From the NCBI GenBank assembly GCA_947461175.1, contig CANHIY010000001.1, forward strand, positions 1,923 to 65,922: a stretch of 64,000 bases of DNA, given 5' to 3'. Numbering within the stretch: position 1 is the first letter of the stretch; each line of letters opens with the position of its first letter. The notes beneath the pieces were generated by a model that was given only the letters and a program-made list of their open reading frames with translations, had not been told where the DNA came from and did not search any database. This stretch comes from Bacteriovoracaceae bacterium. Lineage in GTDB: Bacteria; Bdellovibrionota; Bacteriovoracia; Bacteriovoracales; Bacteriovoracaceae. Shown one piece after another: positions 9,523 to 20,288 of this stretch. The translations under genes were made by a program, and so were the position numbers.

Positions 9523-11844
9523 GTGAGTACACCGAACAATGAAACCACTTCTGCTGAAGAAAAATATCGTCAAGCACTTGAATATCATGCCCAAGGTAGA
9601 CCGGGAAAAATCGAAATAACTCCCACAAAACCCTGCTTAACTGCGAGAGATCTCGCTCTTGCTTACTCACCTGGTGTAGCGGCCCCATGCCTTGAGATTG
9701 CCAAAAATCAGGACGATGTTTACAAATACACGGCCAAAGGAAATCTTGTGGCAGTTCTCTCAAATGGAACTGCCGTTTTGGGCCTTGGAGATATTGGACC
9801 ATTAGCGGGTAAGCCAGTCATGGAAGGAAAGGGTGTCCTCTTTAAACGTTTCGCGGACATCGATGTTTTTGATATTGAAATTGGTTCAAAAACTGTAGAT
9901 GAAGTTGTTTCAGTGGTAAAGGCCCTCGAGCCAACTTTTGGTGGGGTTAATCTTGAAGACATCAAGGCACCAGAGTGCTTTGAAATAGAAAAAAGACTTC
10001 AGGAAATTTGTGACATTCCTATTTTTCATGATGACCAACACGGCACTGCCATTATTGGTGGTGCTGCTTTCTTAAACGCCTGTGAAATAACAAAACGTGA
10101 TATTAGTAAAACAACTGTGGTTGTTTCCGGTGCTGGTGCTGCTGCCATTGCCACGGCCCTCTTCTTTCTTGAACTTGGTGTAAAAAAAGAAAATGTTATC
10201 ATGTGTGACTCAAAAGGTGTGATCTTCAAAGGTCGAACTGAGGGAATGAATAAATATAAAGATTTTTTTGCCAACGACACCAAGGCAAGAACTCTGGCAG
10301 ATGCTATGAAGGATGCTGATTGTTTTATTGGATGTTCGGCCAAAGGTCTCGTTTCTAAAGATATGGTTAAATCTATGGCAAAAAACCCAATCATTTTTGC
10401 CATGGCAAACCCAGACCCAGAAATCACACCAGAAGAAGTGGCACAGGTTAGAGATGATGCCATAATGGCCACTGGTCGATCTGATTACCCAAACCAAGTT
10501 AACAATGTTCTTGGATTTCCTTTTATCTTCAGAGGGGCCCTCGATGTCCGTGCTCGAAAGATTAATGAAGAGATGAAAAAAGCTGCTGCTATGGCACTGG
10601 CTGCCCTAGCTAAAGAGGAAGTACCTGACGATGTTAAAAGGGCCTACGGAAATGAGAATTTTACTTTCGGAAAAAATTATCTAATCCCAAAACCATTCGA
10701 TAAACGGGTGCTTACTCGCGTCTCTCCTGCAGTTGCCAAAGCGGCAATTGAATCAGGAGTAGCGAGAATTAAAATAGAAGACTTTACCGCCTACGCAAAA
10801 TCCCTTCAGGAGCGCCTTGGACAGACGGGCTCCATCATGAGAAATATCCGCTCTCGACTGCCTGGTGCTGAAAAACCTAAGATCGTTTTTCCAGAAGGAA
10901 CAAATGCTAGAATTTTAAAAGCCGTTTCAATTCTCCAAGACGAGGGACTCATTCAACCCGTGCTTCTCGGCAATAAAAAAATCATTCATAAAAAAATGGA
11001 TCAACTTGGGGTCACAAACCTAAAAGATGTTCAGATCATTCACCCAGAGGATTCAGAATCTTATGAACCTTATGTTCATGAGTACTTTATTCATAGGCAA
11101 AGAAAGGGTGTCTCTTACAGTGCTGCAAAAGATTCATTGAAACGCGGAAATTATTATGGATCTATGATGGTCAAAATGGGTCATGCAGACGGCATGATTA
11201 CTGGAGCTACTCAAAACTACCCTGAGTGTATCAGACCCATTATGAAAACCATTGGCACCAACACCCCAAGCCGTCCAAAAGTAGCAGGAATCATGATGCT
11301 GATTTTTAAACACAAAGTGGTGTTTATGGCCGACTGTACGGTTCAGCAGAACCCCGATGCTCAGGACATTGCAGATATTGCATTGTCAGCTGCCCAGATG
11401 TACCGAAACGTCATGAAACAAGAACCCAGAGTGGCCTTCCTTTCCTATTCAAATTTTGGCTCCAACAGAGATCCTCAAGCGGCTAAAATGGCAGAGGCCG
11501 TAAAAATTGCAAAATCAAAAGATGCAAACCTCATCGCTGATGGCGAAATGCAAGCCGATGTTGCCACCAACAGTGATATTATGAAAAATCTTTTTGAATT
11601 CTGCACACTGGATAAAGCTGCTGATGTGCTCATATTTCCGGATTTAAATTCTGCCAATATTAGCTATAAACTACTGGCCCAACTTGGTGGTGCCACTCCA
11701 GTGGGACCAATCCTACTTCCGTTAAAATATGCCATTAATATTGTTCAAAGAACTTCAACGGTTGATGAAATCGTGAATATGTCTCACTTAACAGCACTTA
11801 TTTCTCAGGAAATTAAATATCCTCATGTTCAAAATCAACAGTAA
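9523..11844 (+). CDS. maeB: NADP-dependent malic enzyme with C-terminal PTA-like domain
   Basis: [62 protein letters not shown]; PTA domain IVFPEG, DGEMQAD. GTG start with AGGAG RBS. Confidence 0.97.
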   Translation: MSTPNNETTSAEEKYRQALEYHAQGRPGKIEITPTKPCLTARDLALAYSPGVAAPCLEIAKNQDDVYKYTAKGNLVAVLSNGTAVLGLGDIGPLAGKPVMEGKGVLFKRFADIDVFDIEIGSKTVDEVVSVVKALEPTFGGVNLEDIKAPECFEIEKRLQEICDIPIFHDDQHGTAIIGGAAFLNACEITKRDISKTTVVVSGAGAAAIATALFFLELGVKKENVIMCDSKGVIFKGRTEGMNKYKDFFANDTKARTLADAMKDADCFIGCSAKGLVSKDMVKSMAKNPIIFAMANPDPEITPEEVAQVRDDAIMATGRSDYPNQVNNVLGFPFIFRGALDVRARKINEEMKKAAAMALAALAKEEVPDDVKRAYGNENFTFGKNYLIPKPFDKRVLTRVSPAVAKAAIESGVARIKIEDFTAYAKSLQERLGQTGSIMRNIRSRLPGAEKPKIVFPEGTNARILKAVSILQDEGLIQPVLLGNKKIIHKKMDQLGVTNLKDVQIIHPEDSESYEPYVHEYFIHRQRKGVSYSAAKDSLKRGNYYGSMMVKMGHADGMITGATQNYPECIRPIMKTIGTNTPSRPKVAGIMMLIFKHKVVFMADCTVQQNPDAQDIADIALSAAQMYRNVMKQEPRVAFLSYSNFGSNRDPQAAKMAEAVKIAKSKDANLIADGEMQADVATNSDIMKNLFEFCTLDKAADVLIFPDLNSANISYKLLAQLGGATPVGPILLPLKYAINIVQRTSTVDEIVNMSHLTALISQEIKYPHVQNQQ

Positions 11845-11855
11845 GGAAAGAAACT

Positions 11856-12239
11856 ATGAGCTTTAAAAAAACAATCATCTCCACAGACAACGCCCCTGCG
11901 GCCGTTGGGACTTATTCACAGGGCGTCTTTCACAATGGTGTTTATTACTTTTCTGGCCAGATTGGACTAAATGCTAAAACCGGGGAAATGGCCCCAGATT
12001 TCGATTCTCAGCTTAAAAATGTTCTGGAAAATATTGATGGTCTCTTGAATTCTCAAGGCCTCACACGAGAGAATATCATAAAAACTACGATTTTCATGAC
12101 CAATTTGGACAAATTCTCTAAAGTGAATGAAGCTTACGTTAATTTTTTTACTGCCCCCTATCCTGCTCGCTCCACAGTTCAGGTTTCTGCCCTTCCTAAA
12201 GGTGCAGAGGTTGAAATTGAGGTTATCGCTGCAAAGTAA
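11856..12239 (+). CDS. ridA: RidA/YjgF enamine-imine deaminase
   Basis: APAAVGTYSQG, SGQIG, YPARSTVQVSALPKGAEVEIE. Confidence 0.92.
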   Translation: MSFKKTIISTDNAPAAVGTYSQGVFHNGVYYFSGQIGLNAKTGEMAPDFDSQLKNVLENIDGLLNSQGLTRENIIKTTIFMTNLDKFSKVNEAYVNFFTAPYPARSTVQVSALPKGAEVEIEVIAAK

Positions 12240-12241
12240 CT

Positions 12242-12904
12242 ATGCTGGGAAAAAAGTACGTCTTTGAAACAAAATCTACAAGATTACGTCGGCTCGCCTT
12301 CAGCGGCATTCTCATGACTTTTGTTTCTCTGGCCTTGGTCATGACGTTTGTGATCTACATTCCCATGTATGCAAAACACCAAAAAACCAAAGCATCTGGA
12401 GCATTCTTTCAAAAGTCTCCGGATGCCATAGCTGTTTTTACCGGAGATAAGGGGCGCATCAGCTACGCCATGGAATTATTAAAAAAGAATCCTACTTCTA
12501 AGCTTTTTATCTCCGGAGTTTATGCGGCCAATTCTTTTGAAACACTACTTAACAAACAAGTAGATCCCCATACTGGCAAGGAATTGTCATCCACAGATCT
12601 TCAGATTGACCTTGATTATGAATCAAAAAATACATTTGAAAATGTTAGAGGTACGGTAAATTTTTTAAAATCTAATCCCGAGCTTACAAATGTTTTAATC
12701 ATCTCAAGCGACTATCACATAATGAGAGTAAATCTCATCATTTCACACTTTCTGACGAACTCTAAAACCCAGTTCTATTACGATTCAGTTCCCAGCAGTT
12801 ACACCTCCTGGAATGAAACCAGAAAGCTTTTGAAAGAGGCCCTTAAAATTGCCAGGACTTTTATCCAATTAAAAATTCTAAGAGAAGATATTATTTCTCT
12901 TTAG
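12242..12904 (+). CDS. YdcF/DUF218 (ElyC/SanA-like) protein
   Basis: N-terminal TM; AIAVFTG..GRI, FISGV, SKNTFEN, ISSDYHIMR. Confidence 0.8.
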   Translation: MLGKKYVFETKSTRLRRLAFSGILMTFVSLALVMTFVIYIPMYAKHQKTKASGAFFQKSPDAIAVFTGDKGRISYAMELLKKNPTSKLFISGVYAANSFETLLNKQVDPHTGKELSSTDLQIDLDYESKNTFENVRGTVNFLKSNPELTNVLIISSDYHIMRVNLIISHFLTNSKTQFYYDSVPSSYTSWNETRKLLKEALKIARTFIQLKILREDIISL

Positions 12905-12910
12905 CTTAAT

Positions 12911-13753
12911 TTAAAATTTATATCCTCCTCCCAAAGAGTAGGTAATAACAGGATCAATATTAACGTTTGAGTCTGAATCAGTGACATTCGTTTTTAGGCC
13001 ACCATTTGGCATCTCATAAGTTTTACTTTTTCGTTTGGTCACATCATAGTTATTGAAGAAAGCTTTAAGAAACAAAAAATAACCCGTATTTGAGGTTAAA
13101 TTCACACCTCCTCCAACCCGAGTGTTGATCAAATTATCGCATACACGGGTCCTATACGCTTCACTAATGCTGTTTAGGTCATAGTTATAAGTCAATTTAT
13201 GACAGGCCCACCCCATCCCTACTCCACCCTCAATAAAAGGCTCCACCGTAAGATGCGCCCATTCATCTAAGAATGGATTTTTAGTTTTCATATCAAAAAG
13301 AAAACCAATACTTTGGACAAGATCTATTCCCCACACATTTCCGGTTTTCTTAACGTAGGCGAGGTCTACGTCGTCATTATTTTTCACCAAATTTTTCTTT
13401 CCGGTAAATAGTGTTCCGACATAATAACTTTCAAGTTTTGTCACTGTATTAAAACCTGCTCCCAGATAAAATTCTTTTCCAAACCCGAATCGCCCTCCCC
13501 AAAGTTCCTGCTCTACAGGAGAGAGGGATTTATATGCTCCATTGAATTCTGCAGGGATCTCATATTTTAAGCCTTCAAAACCAAACGTGTTCACCCAATG
13601 GCCTTGCCTTGGATCAAAAGGCTTATTTTCCTGTGATACCTCTGTGGTCATAACGGGAGTATCAGCATTTGTAATTGGGGTTTCTCCCTGAGACTCCTCC
13701 TGGGCGTGAAGGAGAGAGGATAAGGATAGAAGTAAAATTAATAATTTGTTCAT
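12911..13753 (-). CDS. Putative outer-membrane beta-barrel protein
   Basis: Signal peptide, alternating beta-strand pattern, C-terminal SLGGGYKF beta-signal. Confidence 0.65.
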   Translation of the reverse strand: MNKLLILLLSLSSLLHAQEESQGETPITNADTPVMTTEVSQENKPFDPRQGHWVNTFGFEGLKYEIPAEFNGAYKSLSPVEQELWGGRFGFGKEFYLGAGFNTVTKLESYYVGTLFTGKKNLVKNNDDVDLAYVKKTGNVWGIDLVQSIGFLFDMKTKNPFLDEWAHLTVEPFIEGGVGMGWACHKLTYNYDLNSISEAYRTRVCDNLINTRVGGGVNLTSNTGYFLFLKAFFNNYDVTKRKSKTYEMPNGGLKTNVTDSDSNVNIDPVITYSLGGGYKF

Positions 13754-13845
13754 AATATAAATTATCACTGCCTAGATTTATGAATGTCAAAAATTAATCA
13801 ATACTTATGAGGCTTGAATTTTCAGGGTTTAAAATAAAAATGAGT

Positions 13846-16047
13846 TTAGGCACGGTTAACGGAAATAACTTCTTCCATTTGCTCAATTGAGCTGATGGTT
13901 CTTAAGAGTTCTGAATAGTCTTTAACTTCAATCTCAAAAATAAAATTACCTTTTTGGTCTGGCATAGATCTCGCAATCGCCGAACGTATGTTAATCCCTG
14001 AATTATTAATAGATTTAGAAATTTTGGACAAAATCCCTGGCTTATCATGGGTTGTAACCTTGATATTTACCGGATGACTAAATGTATAGTGCTTATTCCA
14101 TTCCACGTGAATTTGACGAGATTTTTCCATGTCCTGTATGCGTCCACACTGGACTGTGTGAACTGTAATTCCTCTTCCACGAGTGATGATCCCTTTGATC
14201 GGATCTCCAGGGATCGGATTACAACAGCGTCCCATTTTAACCATCACATCATCCAAACCATCCACAATGACTGCATTATCATTGCTGGTTGACTTACGTG
14301 CGGTTTTTTGAGTTTGCTTAAAATAGCTCTCAAGCTCCTTGTCTTCTTCTTTAAAATCCAATTCATCAGTTTCGTTAAAATTTATGGATGGTAGGGCAAT
14401 AAGAACATCTTTAATCGGAAGATGGTTTGAGCCAATGTTCACAAATAATTCTTCAAGGCTCTTGAAGTGATGCCTATCAAGAATGATTTTAAATTCTTGT
14501 TTTTTATCGATGGCCTTAATAGAAGTTTCAAATTTTTTCAGAGCTTTTTCAAGGATTCCTTCACCAAGTTTTCGATGCTCGTCCCTCTCAACTTTCATCA
14601 GATGCTGACGGATTTTGGTAATTGCTCGTGAGGTTTTACAGATCTTTAACCAGTCTTTTGAAGGAGTTTGAGTTTTACTAGTTAGGATTTCAACTGTGTC
14701 TCCAGACTTTAGTCTGTATTTTAATGGAACCATCTTTCCATTGACCTTTGCCCCAACTGTTTTATTCCCAACTTCTGTATGAACAGCGTAAGCAAAATCC
14801 AAGGGTGTTGCACCATATCTTAGTTCTTTCACGTCTCCCTGTGGAGTAAAAATGAAAACACCTCCAACATCCAGATCATTTTTTACAACGTCCATAAACT
14901 CGGATGAATTTTGAACGTTTTGATTAAATTCCATGAGCTCTTCAACCCACTTCAATTTATTTACACTGTCATTTTTATTTCTTTCTTTATACTTCCAGTG
15001 GGCGGCCACTCCACGTTCAGCAACCTCATGCATTTCGAAGGTCCGAATCTGTATTTCAATACGCTCTGCCTTAGGACCAATGACAGTTGTGTGAAGGGAC
15101 TGATAATTATTCACTTTAGGGATAGCGATATAATCTTTAAAGCGACCAGGCACCGGTGTGAAGGCAGAATGGATGATTCCCAAAACTTTATAACATTCTG
15201 TAATGTTATTTATAAGGATACGAAAAGCCAGAAGATCCTGGATCTGCTCAAAATCAACGCCTCTTTGTTGCATTTTTTTATAGATTGAAAAAAAGTGTTT
15301 TGAACGACCAGTAACTTCGCCCTGAACTGAATATTCAAGCATTTTCTCTTCAATTAAGCTGATCGTTTCTTCAATGTAAGACTCCCGTTCACGCTTTTTC
15401 ATGGCGATTTTTTCAGCAAGCCTGTAGTAGATATCAGGATGAAGATAGCGAAGACACAAATCTTCTAATTCTCCTTTCACTGAATTGATTCCTAGGCGCG
15501 ATGCCAGGGGGACGTAGATATCCAGTGTCTCTTGGGCCTTAGCCTGTTGTTTTTCTTTGGTCATGTACTGGAGGGTGCGCATGTTATGCATTCTGTCTGC
15601 AAGCTTAACGATGATCACCCTAAGGTCTTGGGCCATGGCCACAACCATTTTTCTAAAGTTCTCTGCTTGTGATTCTTCTTTAGTTTTAAACTTTATTTTT
15701 GAAATTTTTGTACAGCCTACAACAATCTGGGCAACGTTTTGCCCAAATTTTTTAGCAATCTCCTCCGGAGACACATCACAATCCTCAACGGTATCATGGA
15801 GTAACCCTGCCATCACTGCATCGAGGTCCATTTTTAGCTTTATCAGTGTTCCCGCTACGTTCAAGGGGTGAATGATGTATAACTCACCTGAAGAGCGCTT
15901 GACCCCGGCATGCATTTTTTCAGCAAATTCAAAACACTTGCGAAGAAGATTCATATCTCCATCCGGCAAAAGCACCTCTGCTCTTTTAACCAGCTCATCT
16001 ATGGTGAGGTTCGCCTCATGTGAAAAGTCTATTCGTTCTGCAAACAT
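13846..16047 (-). CDS. spoT: Bifunctional (p)ppGpp synthetase/hydrolase (long RSH)
   Basis: HD domain (HP..V, LLHDTVED, KLADRMHN), SYN (GRSKH, QDLLAFR, YQSLHT, EIQIRT), TGS (TPLDFAYAVHT), ZFD (CCNPIPGD), ACT. Confidence 0.96.
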   Translation of the reverse strand: MFAERIDFSHEANLTIDELVKRAEVLLPDGDMNLLRKCFEFAEKMHAGVKRSSGELYIIHPLNVAGTLIKLKMDLDAVMAGLLHDTVEDCDVSPEEIAKKFGQNVAQIVVGCTKISKIKFKTKEESQAENFRKMVVAMAQDLRVIIVKLADRMHNMRTLQYMTKEKQQAKAQETLDIYVPLASRLGINSVKGELEDLCLRYLHPDIYYRLAEKIAMKKRERESYIEETISLIEEKMLEYSVQGEVTGRSKHFFSIYKKMQQRGVDFEQIQDLLAFRILINNITECYKVLGIIHSAFTPVPGRFKDYIAIPKVNNYQSLHTTVIGPKAERIEIQIRTFEMHEVAERGVAAHWKYKERNKNDSVNKLKWVEELMEFNQNVQNSSEFMDVVKNDLDVGGVFIFTPQGDVKELRYGATPLDFAYAVHTEVGNKTVGAKVNGKMVPLKYRLKSGDTVEILTSKTQTPSKDWLKICKTSRAITKIRQHLMKVERDEHRKLGEGILEKALKKFETSIKAIDKKQEFKIILDRHHFKSLEELFVNIGSNHLPIKDVLIALPSINFNETDELDFKEEDKELESYFKQTQKTARKSTSNDNAVIVDGLDDVMVKMGRCCNPIPGDPIKGIITRGRGITVHTVQCGRIQDMEKSRQIHVEWNKHYTFSHPVNIKVTTHDKPGILSKISKSINNSGINIRSAIARSMPDQKGNFIFEIEVKDYSELLRTISSIEQMEEVISVNRA

Positions 16048-16049
16048 AA

Positions 16050-16610
16050 TTATGAAATTATCCCTTTTACTAAATCTCTTAACTTGACGTAAGCACCCTC
16101 CACATCATCATTCATGATAACATGATCAAAATCATGCTTCCTTTGTAGTTCTGATCGAGCATTATGTATACGCTCCAAAATTACAGAATCAGAGTCTGTT
16201 CCCCGTGCACGTAATCTTTTTTCTAATTCCTCAATGGAAGGTGGTTCAATAAAGATCACTTTGACTTCTTGTCCATAAATTTTTTTCATGGCATCAGCTC
16301 CTTGGACATCGAGATCAAAGAGCATCTTAAGATCTTTATCTAACCCTTCTCTGACAAAACGCTTTGAGGTTCCATAGTAATTTGAATGGACTCTTGCCCA
16401 CTCTATGAATTCATCGTTTTTAATCTGGCTTTTAAAACTTTGTTCTTTTATAAAAAAATAATCCTTACCATGTACTTCTCCTGGTCTTATAGGTCTGGTT
16501 GTACAGGAGACAGACCAGACGAGTTCAGGAATTTCAACTTTAAGTTTATTCAACAAAGTTGATTTTCCTGTACCAGAGGGAGCACAAATAACGATCATCT
16601 TTCCTGACAT
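16050..16610 (-). CDS. gmk: Guanylate kinase
   Basis: APSGTGKST, SCTTRPIRPGEVHGKDYFF, NYYGT, DLDVQG. Confidence 0.96.
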   Translation of the reverse strand: MSGKMIVICAPSGTGKSTLLNKLKVEIPELVWSVSCTTRPIRPGEVHGKDYFFIKEQSFKSQIKNDEFIEWARVHSNYYGTSKRFVREGLDKDLKMLFDLDVQGADAMKKIYGQEVKVIFIEPPSIEELEKRLRARGTDSDSVILERIHNARSELQRKHDFDHVIMNDDVEGAYVKLRDLVKGIIS

Positions 16611-16615
16611 GGTGA

Positions 16616-17491
16616 CTATTCCAAATTTAAGGCCTGTTCTCTAATCTTTTCTAATTGTACTTTCATCTCGACAACATGTGAGGAAATTTCTGGGTGGGCA
16701 GATTTGGAACCCATCGTATTTGTTTCTCGGCCTAGTTCCTGTAATAAAAAATCAATTTGGCGTCCGACTTCTCCGGTCGAACTTAACACTGCTTTTAATT
16801 TCGATAAATGAATTTTTGCCCGATTAATTTCTTCGTCTATTTCAAGCTTTTCTAAATAATAAACGACTTCCTGAAGAAAACGTGATTCATCAATTTTAAA
16901 ATCCTTAAGCTTTTCATTCAGTCTGGAGGTTAACTTGTCCTTCATCATCTCGGGATAAAGTGCTTTTAATTTTTCTACCTGACCAAGACATATTTCATAA
17001 ACATTAAGATGTTCATTGAGCTTCTGGACAAGTTTCTTACCTTCAATTCCACGGGAGTCCTTTAGAGCTTTGTTAGCCTGATCAAACGAGAGAAGAACCT
17101 GAGAAAAAAGCTCCTCTTCTTTGGGGGCCAGATCTTCTGAATAAAACTCATTTCTTAAAAAATCGCAGGGGGCGACCTCAAAAGGAACTTTTGAATTTTC
17201 AAAGATTGGTTTCATCAGATTTAAATAAGCTTGCACTTTCACAGGATCCACCAGAAATTCTACTGATCCCTTATCGTTTTTTTTATAGGAGACTGAAACG
17301 TCAAAACTACCTCGCCGAAATTCAGTTTCAAGCTTGGAGCGAAGTTCAAGTTCCAAAGAATTAAAAATTGAACTCATTCTAAATTTAAAGTCTTTAAAAC
17401 GATTGTTTACCGTTTTAATTTCAGTTGTGACTGTGTAATTTGATCCCACTGATTCACCCTTACCAAATCCAGTCATTGAATAAATACTCAT
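16616..17491 (-). CDS. yicC: YicC/YloC family endoribonuclease
   Basis: SMTGFG N-terminus, EEINR, GRQIDFLLQELGRETNT, EKIREQALNLE. Start set at MSIYS (17491), just after the accA stop. Confidence 0.92.
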   Translation of the reverse strand: MSIYSMTGFGKGESVGSNYTVTTEIKTVNNRFKDFKFRMSSIFNSLELELRSKLETEFRRGSFDVSVSYKKNDKGSVEFLVDPVKVQAYLNLMKPIFENSKVPFEVAPCDFLRNEFYSEDLAPKEEELFSQVLLSFDQANKALKDSRGIEGKKLVQKLNEHLNVYEICLGQVEKLKALYPEMMKDKLTSRLNEKLKDFKIDESRFLQEVVYYLEKLEIDEEINRAKIHLSKLKAVLSSTGEVGRQIDFLLQELGRETNTMGSKSAHPEISSHVVEMKVQLEKIREQALNLE

Positions 17492-17492
17492 C

Positions 17493-18473
17493 TTATCCTT
17501 TTGAATCATCCCCATGATCAATAAAAAGTGTCATGTTCCCTAATTCACGAAATTTTTGAAAACGTTTTTGCATCAACAGATCCAAATCTATCTTCTTAAG
17601 AGATTCAAGCTGCTGCCTGATACAATCTTTAACCTTTGATACAGCAAGCTCCGGATATCGGTGGGCCCCTCCAGAGGGTTCATTAATAATTCCATCAATT
17701 ACTTTTAATTCCAGGGCTTTTTTAGGAGAGAGCTGTAAAGAATTAGCTGCTGTTTCGGCCATTTTAGGATCAGACCAAAGAATTGAAGCACAGGACTCCG
17801 GTGAGATCACAGAATAAACAGAGTACTCCATCATAAATACCTTATCTGCAACGGCGATTCCAAGGGCGCCTCCTGATCCTCCTTCACCAATAACAACTGA
17901 GATAATGGGCGATTTGATATTAAACATTTCCTCTAGGTTTTGGGCAATGGCCATGGCCTGTCCACGCTCCTCTGCTCCTATTCCTGGATAAGCCCCAGGG
18001 GTATCAACAAAGGTAACGACTGGAATAGAAAATTGTGATGCCAGCTCCATTACTCTCAACGCCTTCCGATAACCTTCCGGATTCGCCATGCCAAAATTTC
18101 TTTTGATTTTTTCCTGGGTTTTTCGGCCTTTTTCAATACCAATCACCGCAACTTTTTGACCATGAATGTGCCCAAATCCTGTGATCATTGAGGGATCATC
18201 TGAGAAGCGCCTGTCTCCATGAACTTCATGAAAATTTTCAATGATTCCTTCAATGTAATCTATGGTGTGTGGACGAAGCGGGTGTCTAGAGAGCTGAGTC
18301 CTCTCCCAGGGAGTAAGCTTACTGTAAATCTCCTCAAGCATTCTGTTGACCTTGGCCTCCAGAGCTTGTATTTCGTGAGAAATGTCGATACTTTTGTCCG
18401 AAGTTTCTTTGAGTTCTCTGATCTGGTTTTCCAGTTCTGAAACTGGGCGTTCAAAATCCAATGTAAATTCCAT
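17493..18473 (-). CDS. accA: Acetyl-CoA carboxylase carboxyltransferase alpha subunit
   Basis: LDFERP, RHPLRP, HGDR, RNFGMANPEGYRKALR, DTPGAYPG, GEGGSGGAL, YSVISPE. Confidence 0.97.
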   Translation of the reverse strand: MEFTLDFERPVSELENQIRELKETSDKSIDISHEIQALEAKVNRMLEEIYSKLTPWERTQLSRHPLRPHTIDYIEGIIENFHEVHGDRRFSDDPSMITGFGHIHGQKVAVIGIEKGRKTQEKIKRNFGMANPEGYRKALRVMELASQFSIPVVTFVDTPGAYPGIGAEERGQAMAIAQNLEEMFNIKSPIISVVIGEGGSGGALGIAVADKVFMMEYSVYSVISPESCASILWSDPKMAETAANSLQLSPKKALELKVIDGIINEPSGGAHRYPELAVSKVKDCIRQQLESLKKIDLDLLMQKRFQKFRELGNMTLFIDHGDDSKG

Positions 18474-18600
18474 AGATACCCACAGTTTAAAAATAGCCCG
18501 ATAAAATCCTGAGCTTCAACGATAAAAAAATCACAAGAAAGAAATTGTTTTAAAATACCTTGAGAGAGAGGAAATTGCACGAATTTCCTCTGGAAAAGAC

Positions 18601-19296
18601 TTATTCCCAGCCCTGAACCTCACCGGCCTCAAAATAGATATACTTCGATGCACCATTTAGCTCGTAAAGCCAACGCTCATTTTCATTTCTTGGATTACCG
18701 GCAATTTCCACTTGAAGGGGTCGCCCCATAGACTCCAGTACATCACTCTTATTCATTCCTAAAGCCACATCGTTAGATCTCACTGTAAAAGGGTCATTAA
18801 AGCCTGAAAAGGAGGAGGATGAGTCGTGGTTCGAAACTGATACTTTTTCTGATGGAGCTGACATGGACTTTCTTTGTTTTGGGGGAAGGAGTGCAAGAAA
18901 TCCTCGATCAACGAGATAATCTCTTCTCTCTTCGACAGGTAAGTTAAGAAAAAATATCTTTTCTGAAGCTGAACCAAATTTGTCTTTATGGGCGTTATAA
19001 AAATCCATGTCATCATCAGACTGCATATACTCAAGTTCCCTAAGTTCTGATCTCAGTGCCCTCATTGATTTTTCTTCTGCCATGAAAACATCAGAGGCGG
19101 GGGTCCTTCGGATTCTGTCTCCTTCCGAAATCCAATCCCTGCCATTATCTCCGCTGACCACTGGAAAATCTTCTCTGGGATTAAAAAATGAATAATCCTC
19201 TTCTTCCATCTCCTCTGTGTAAGTTCTATAAGGAAATTGAGTGCAACTGATTAACGTAACTAACATAAAAGTAAGGTTTAATATCCTGAATCTCAT
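18601..19296 (-). CDS. Lipoprotein with C-terminal SmpA/BamE-like domain
   Basis: Lipobox TLISC; C-terminal LGMNKSDVLESMGRP...ERWLY...YIYFEAGEV. Start moved to MRFR (AAGGA RBS). Confidence 0.6.
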   Translation of the reverse strand: MRFRILNLTFMLVTLISCTQFPYRTYTEEMEEEDYSFFNPREDFPVVSGDNGRDWISEGDRIRRTPASDVFMAEEKSMRALRSELRELEYMQSDDDMDFYNAHKDKFGSASEKIFFLNLPVEERRDYLVDRGFLALLPPKQRKSMSAPSEKVSVSNHDSSSSFSGFNDPFTVRSNDVALGMNKSDVLESMGRPLQVEIAGNPRNENERWLYELNGASKYIYFEAGEVQGWE

Positions 19297-19445
19297 AAAA
19301 TCATCCTTTAACTCCGACCTTGTGGAGCTATTCGGAATTTTTTCAGTGGCCGTAACCTTTTGAAGGCACATGGAAGAAACTTCCATTATCCGACCAAAGC
19401 ACTTTTAGCTAAGTATACAAAACTAAGTCACCGAAAAGAGACTCA

Positions 19446-20288
19446 ATGGGACTGATTGAAAAATTTGAAGACCTATTCAATAAAATTATTTTTAAACTCT
19501 TTGAGTTAATAGCGAGAGTTGTTCCCAATCCCGTGAAGCAGTTGATTCAAAAAATAAAAAATAAAATAGGGATTTTTAAATCATTTCTAAAAAAATCTCC
19601 TCATCTTTTAAGAGAAAAAATTAAAAGTTTAATTTTATTTTTAAAAGAATTTTTTAAAGCCCGGAAGACAACTCCACCTCTTATTAGCGACTTAAAAATC
19701 ATAGTTAAAGAAATAAACGAAAAAAAACCAAAGCGTAGCAAGGTAAAAAATATCTTGTTGGTACCTTTCGACACTCTGTCGTTTTTTTTCATGGGTTTGA
19801 ACCATTTTCAGGTTTTTTTGATTACTGCTCTATCCATTGGTTCTGTCATGTCGATTTTTGTCATCAATCAATCCGTCAAGGAAATGTCAAAAAAATACGC
19901 CCTCTTCAGGATGCCGGCCAGCAATGAAGAGGACCCAATCTATGATCGTCCAGATTATTATAAAAAAGAATTAAGACACGTTGAAATAACAAACCTCAGG
20001 CTTCCAGTGTTCTTCTCTGAGGTCAATGAACTAAAAACTGTAGACATTGATTTTGTGATCACAACCAGTAACCGCTTCAGTCGTACTTTCATACATAAAA
20101 ATGATATACTGCTAAGAGATCATCTTCTTTTAAATCTTGAACCAATTGTACCCTCTCTCCCATTAAATGATGAAGGGAAGGAGATAATTAGAAAAAAACT
20201 CATTCAAGAAACTAACGAATTCCTTAAGGGAAAAGACGTTATTGGACATGTTAAAGAGTTAAAAATCACTTACATCCTGGCGAATTAG
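19446..20288 (+). CDS. Membrane protein with putative FliL-like C-terminal domain
   Basis: Basic N-terminus, one TM, RMPAS motif, then ...LRDHLL...EGKEIIRKKL...VKELKITYIL resembling the FliL C-terminus. Confidence 0.5.
   Translation: MGLIEKFEDLFNKIIFKLFELIARVVPNPVKQLIQKIKNKIGIFKSFLKKSPHLLREKIKSLILFLKEFFKARKTTPPLISDLKIIVKEINEKKPKRSKVKNILLVPFDTLSFFFMGLNHFQVFLITALSIGSVMSIFVINQSVKEMSKKYALFRMPASNEEDPIYDRPDYYKKELRHVEITNLRLPVFFSEVNELKTVDIDFVITTSNRFSRTFIHKNDILLRDHLLLNLEPIVPSLPLNDEGKEIIRKKLIQETNEFLKGKDVIGHVKELKITYILAN

Noticed and set aside
9425-11657. Several antisense ORFs (up to 148 aa) opposite maeB, and similar shadows opposite spoT, aspC, leuS, gap and pgk
   Set aside because: Typical antisense shadows of codon-biased genes; no RBS or family motifs.
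13813-13829. 17-mer CTTGA(A/T)TTTTCAGGGTT shared with 59160-59176
   Set aside because: One 16/17 match in 64 kb of AT-rich DNA is within chance expectation; no further clear copies.
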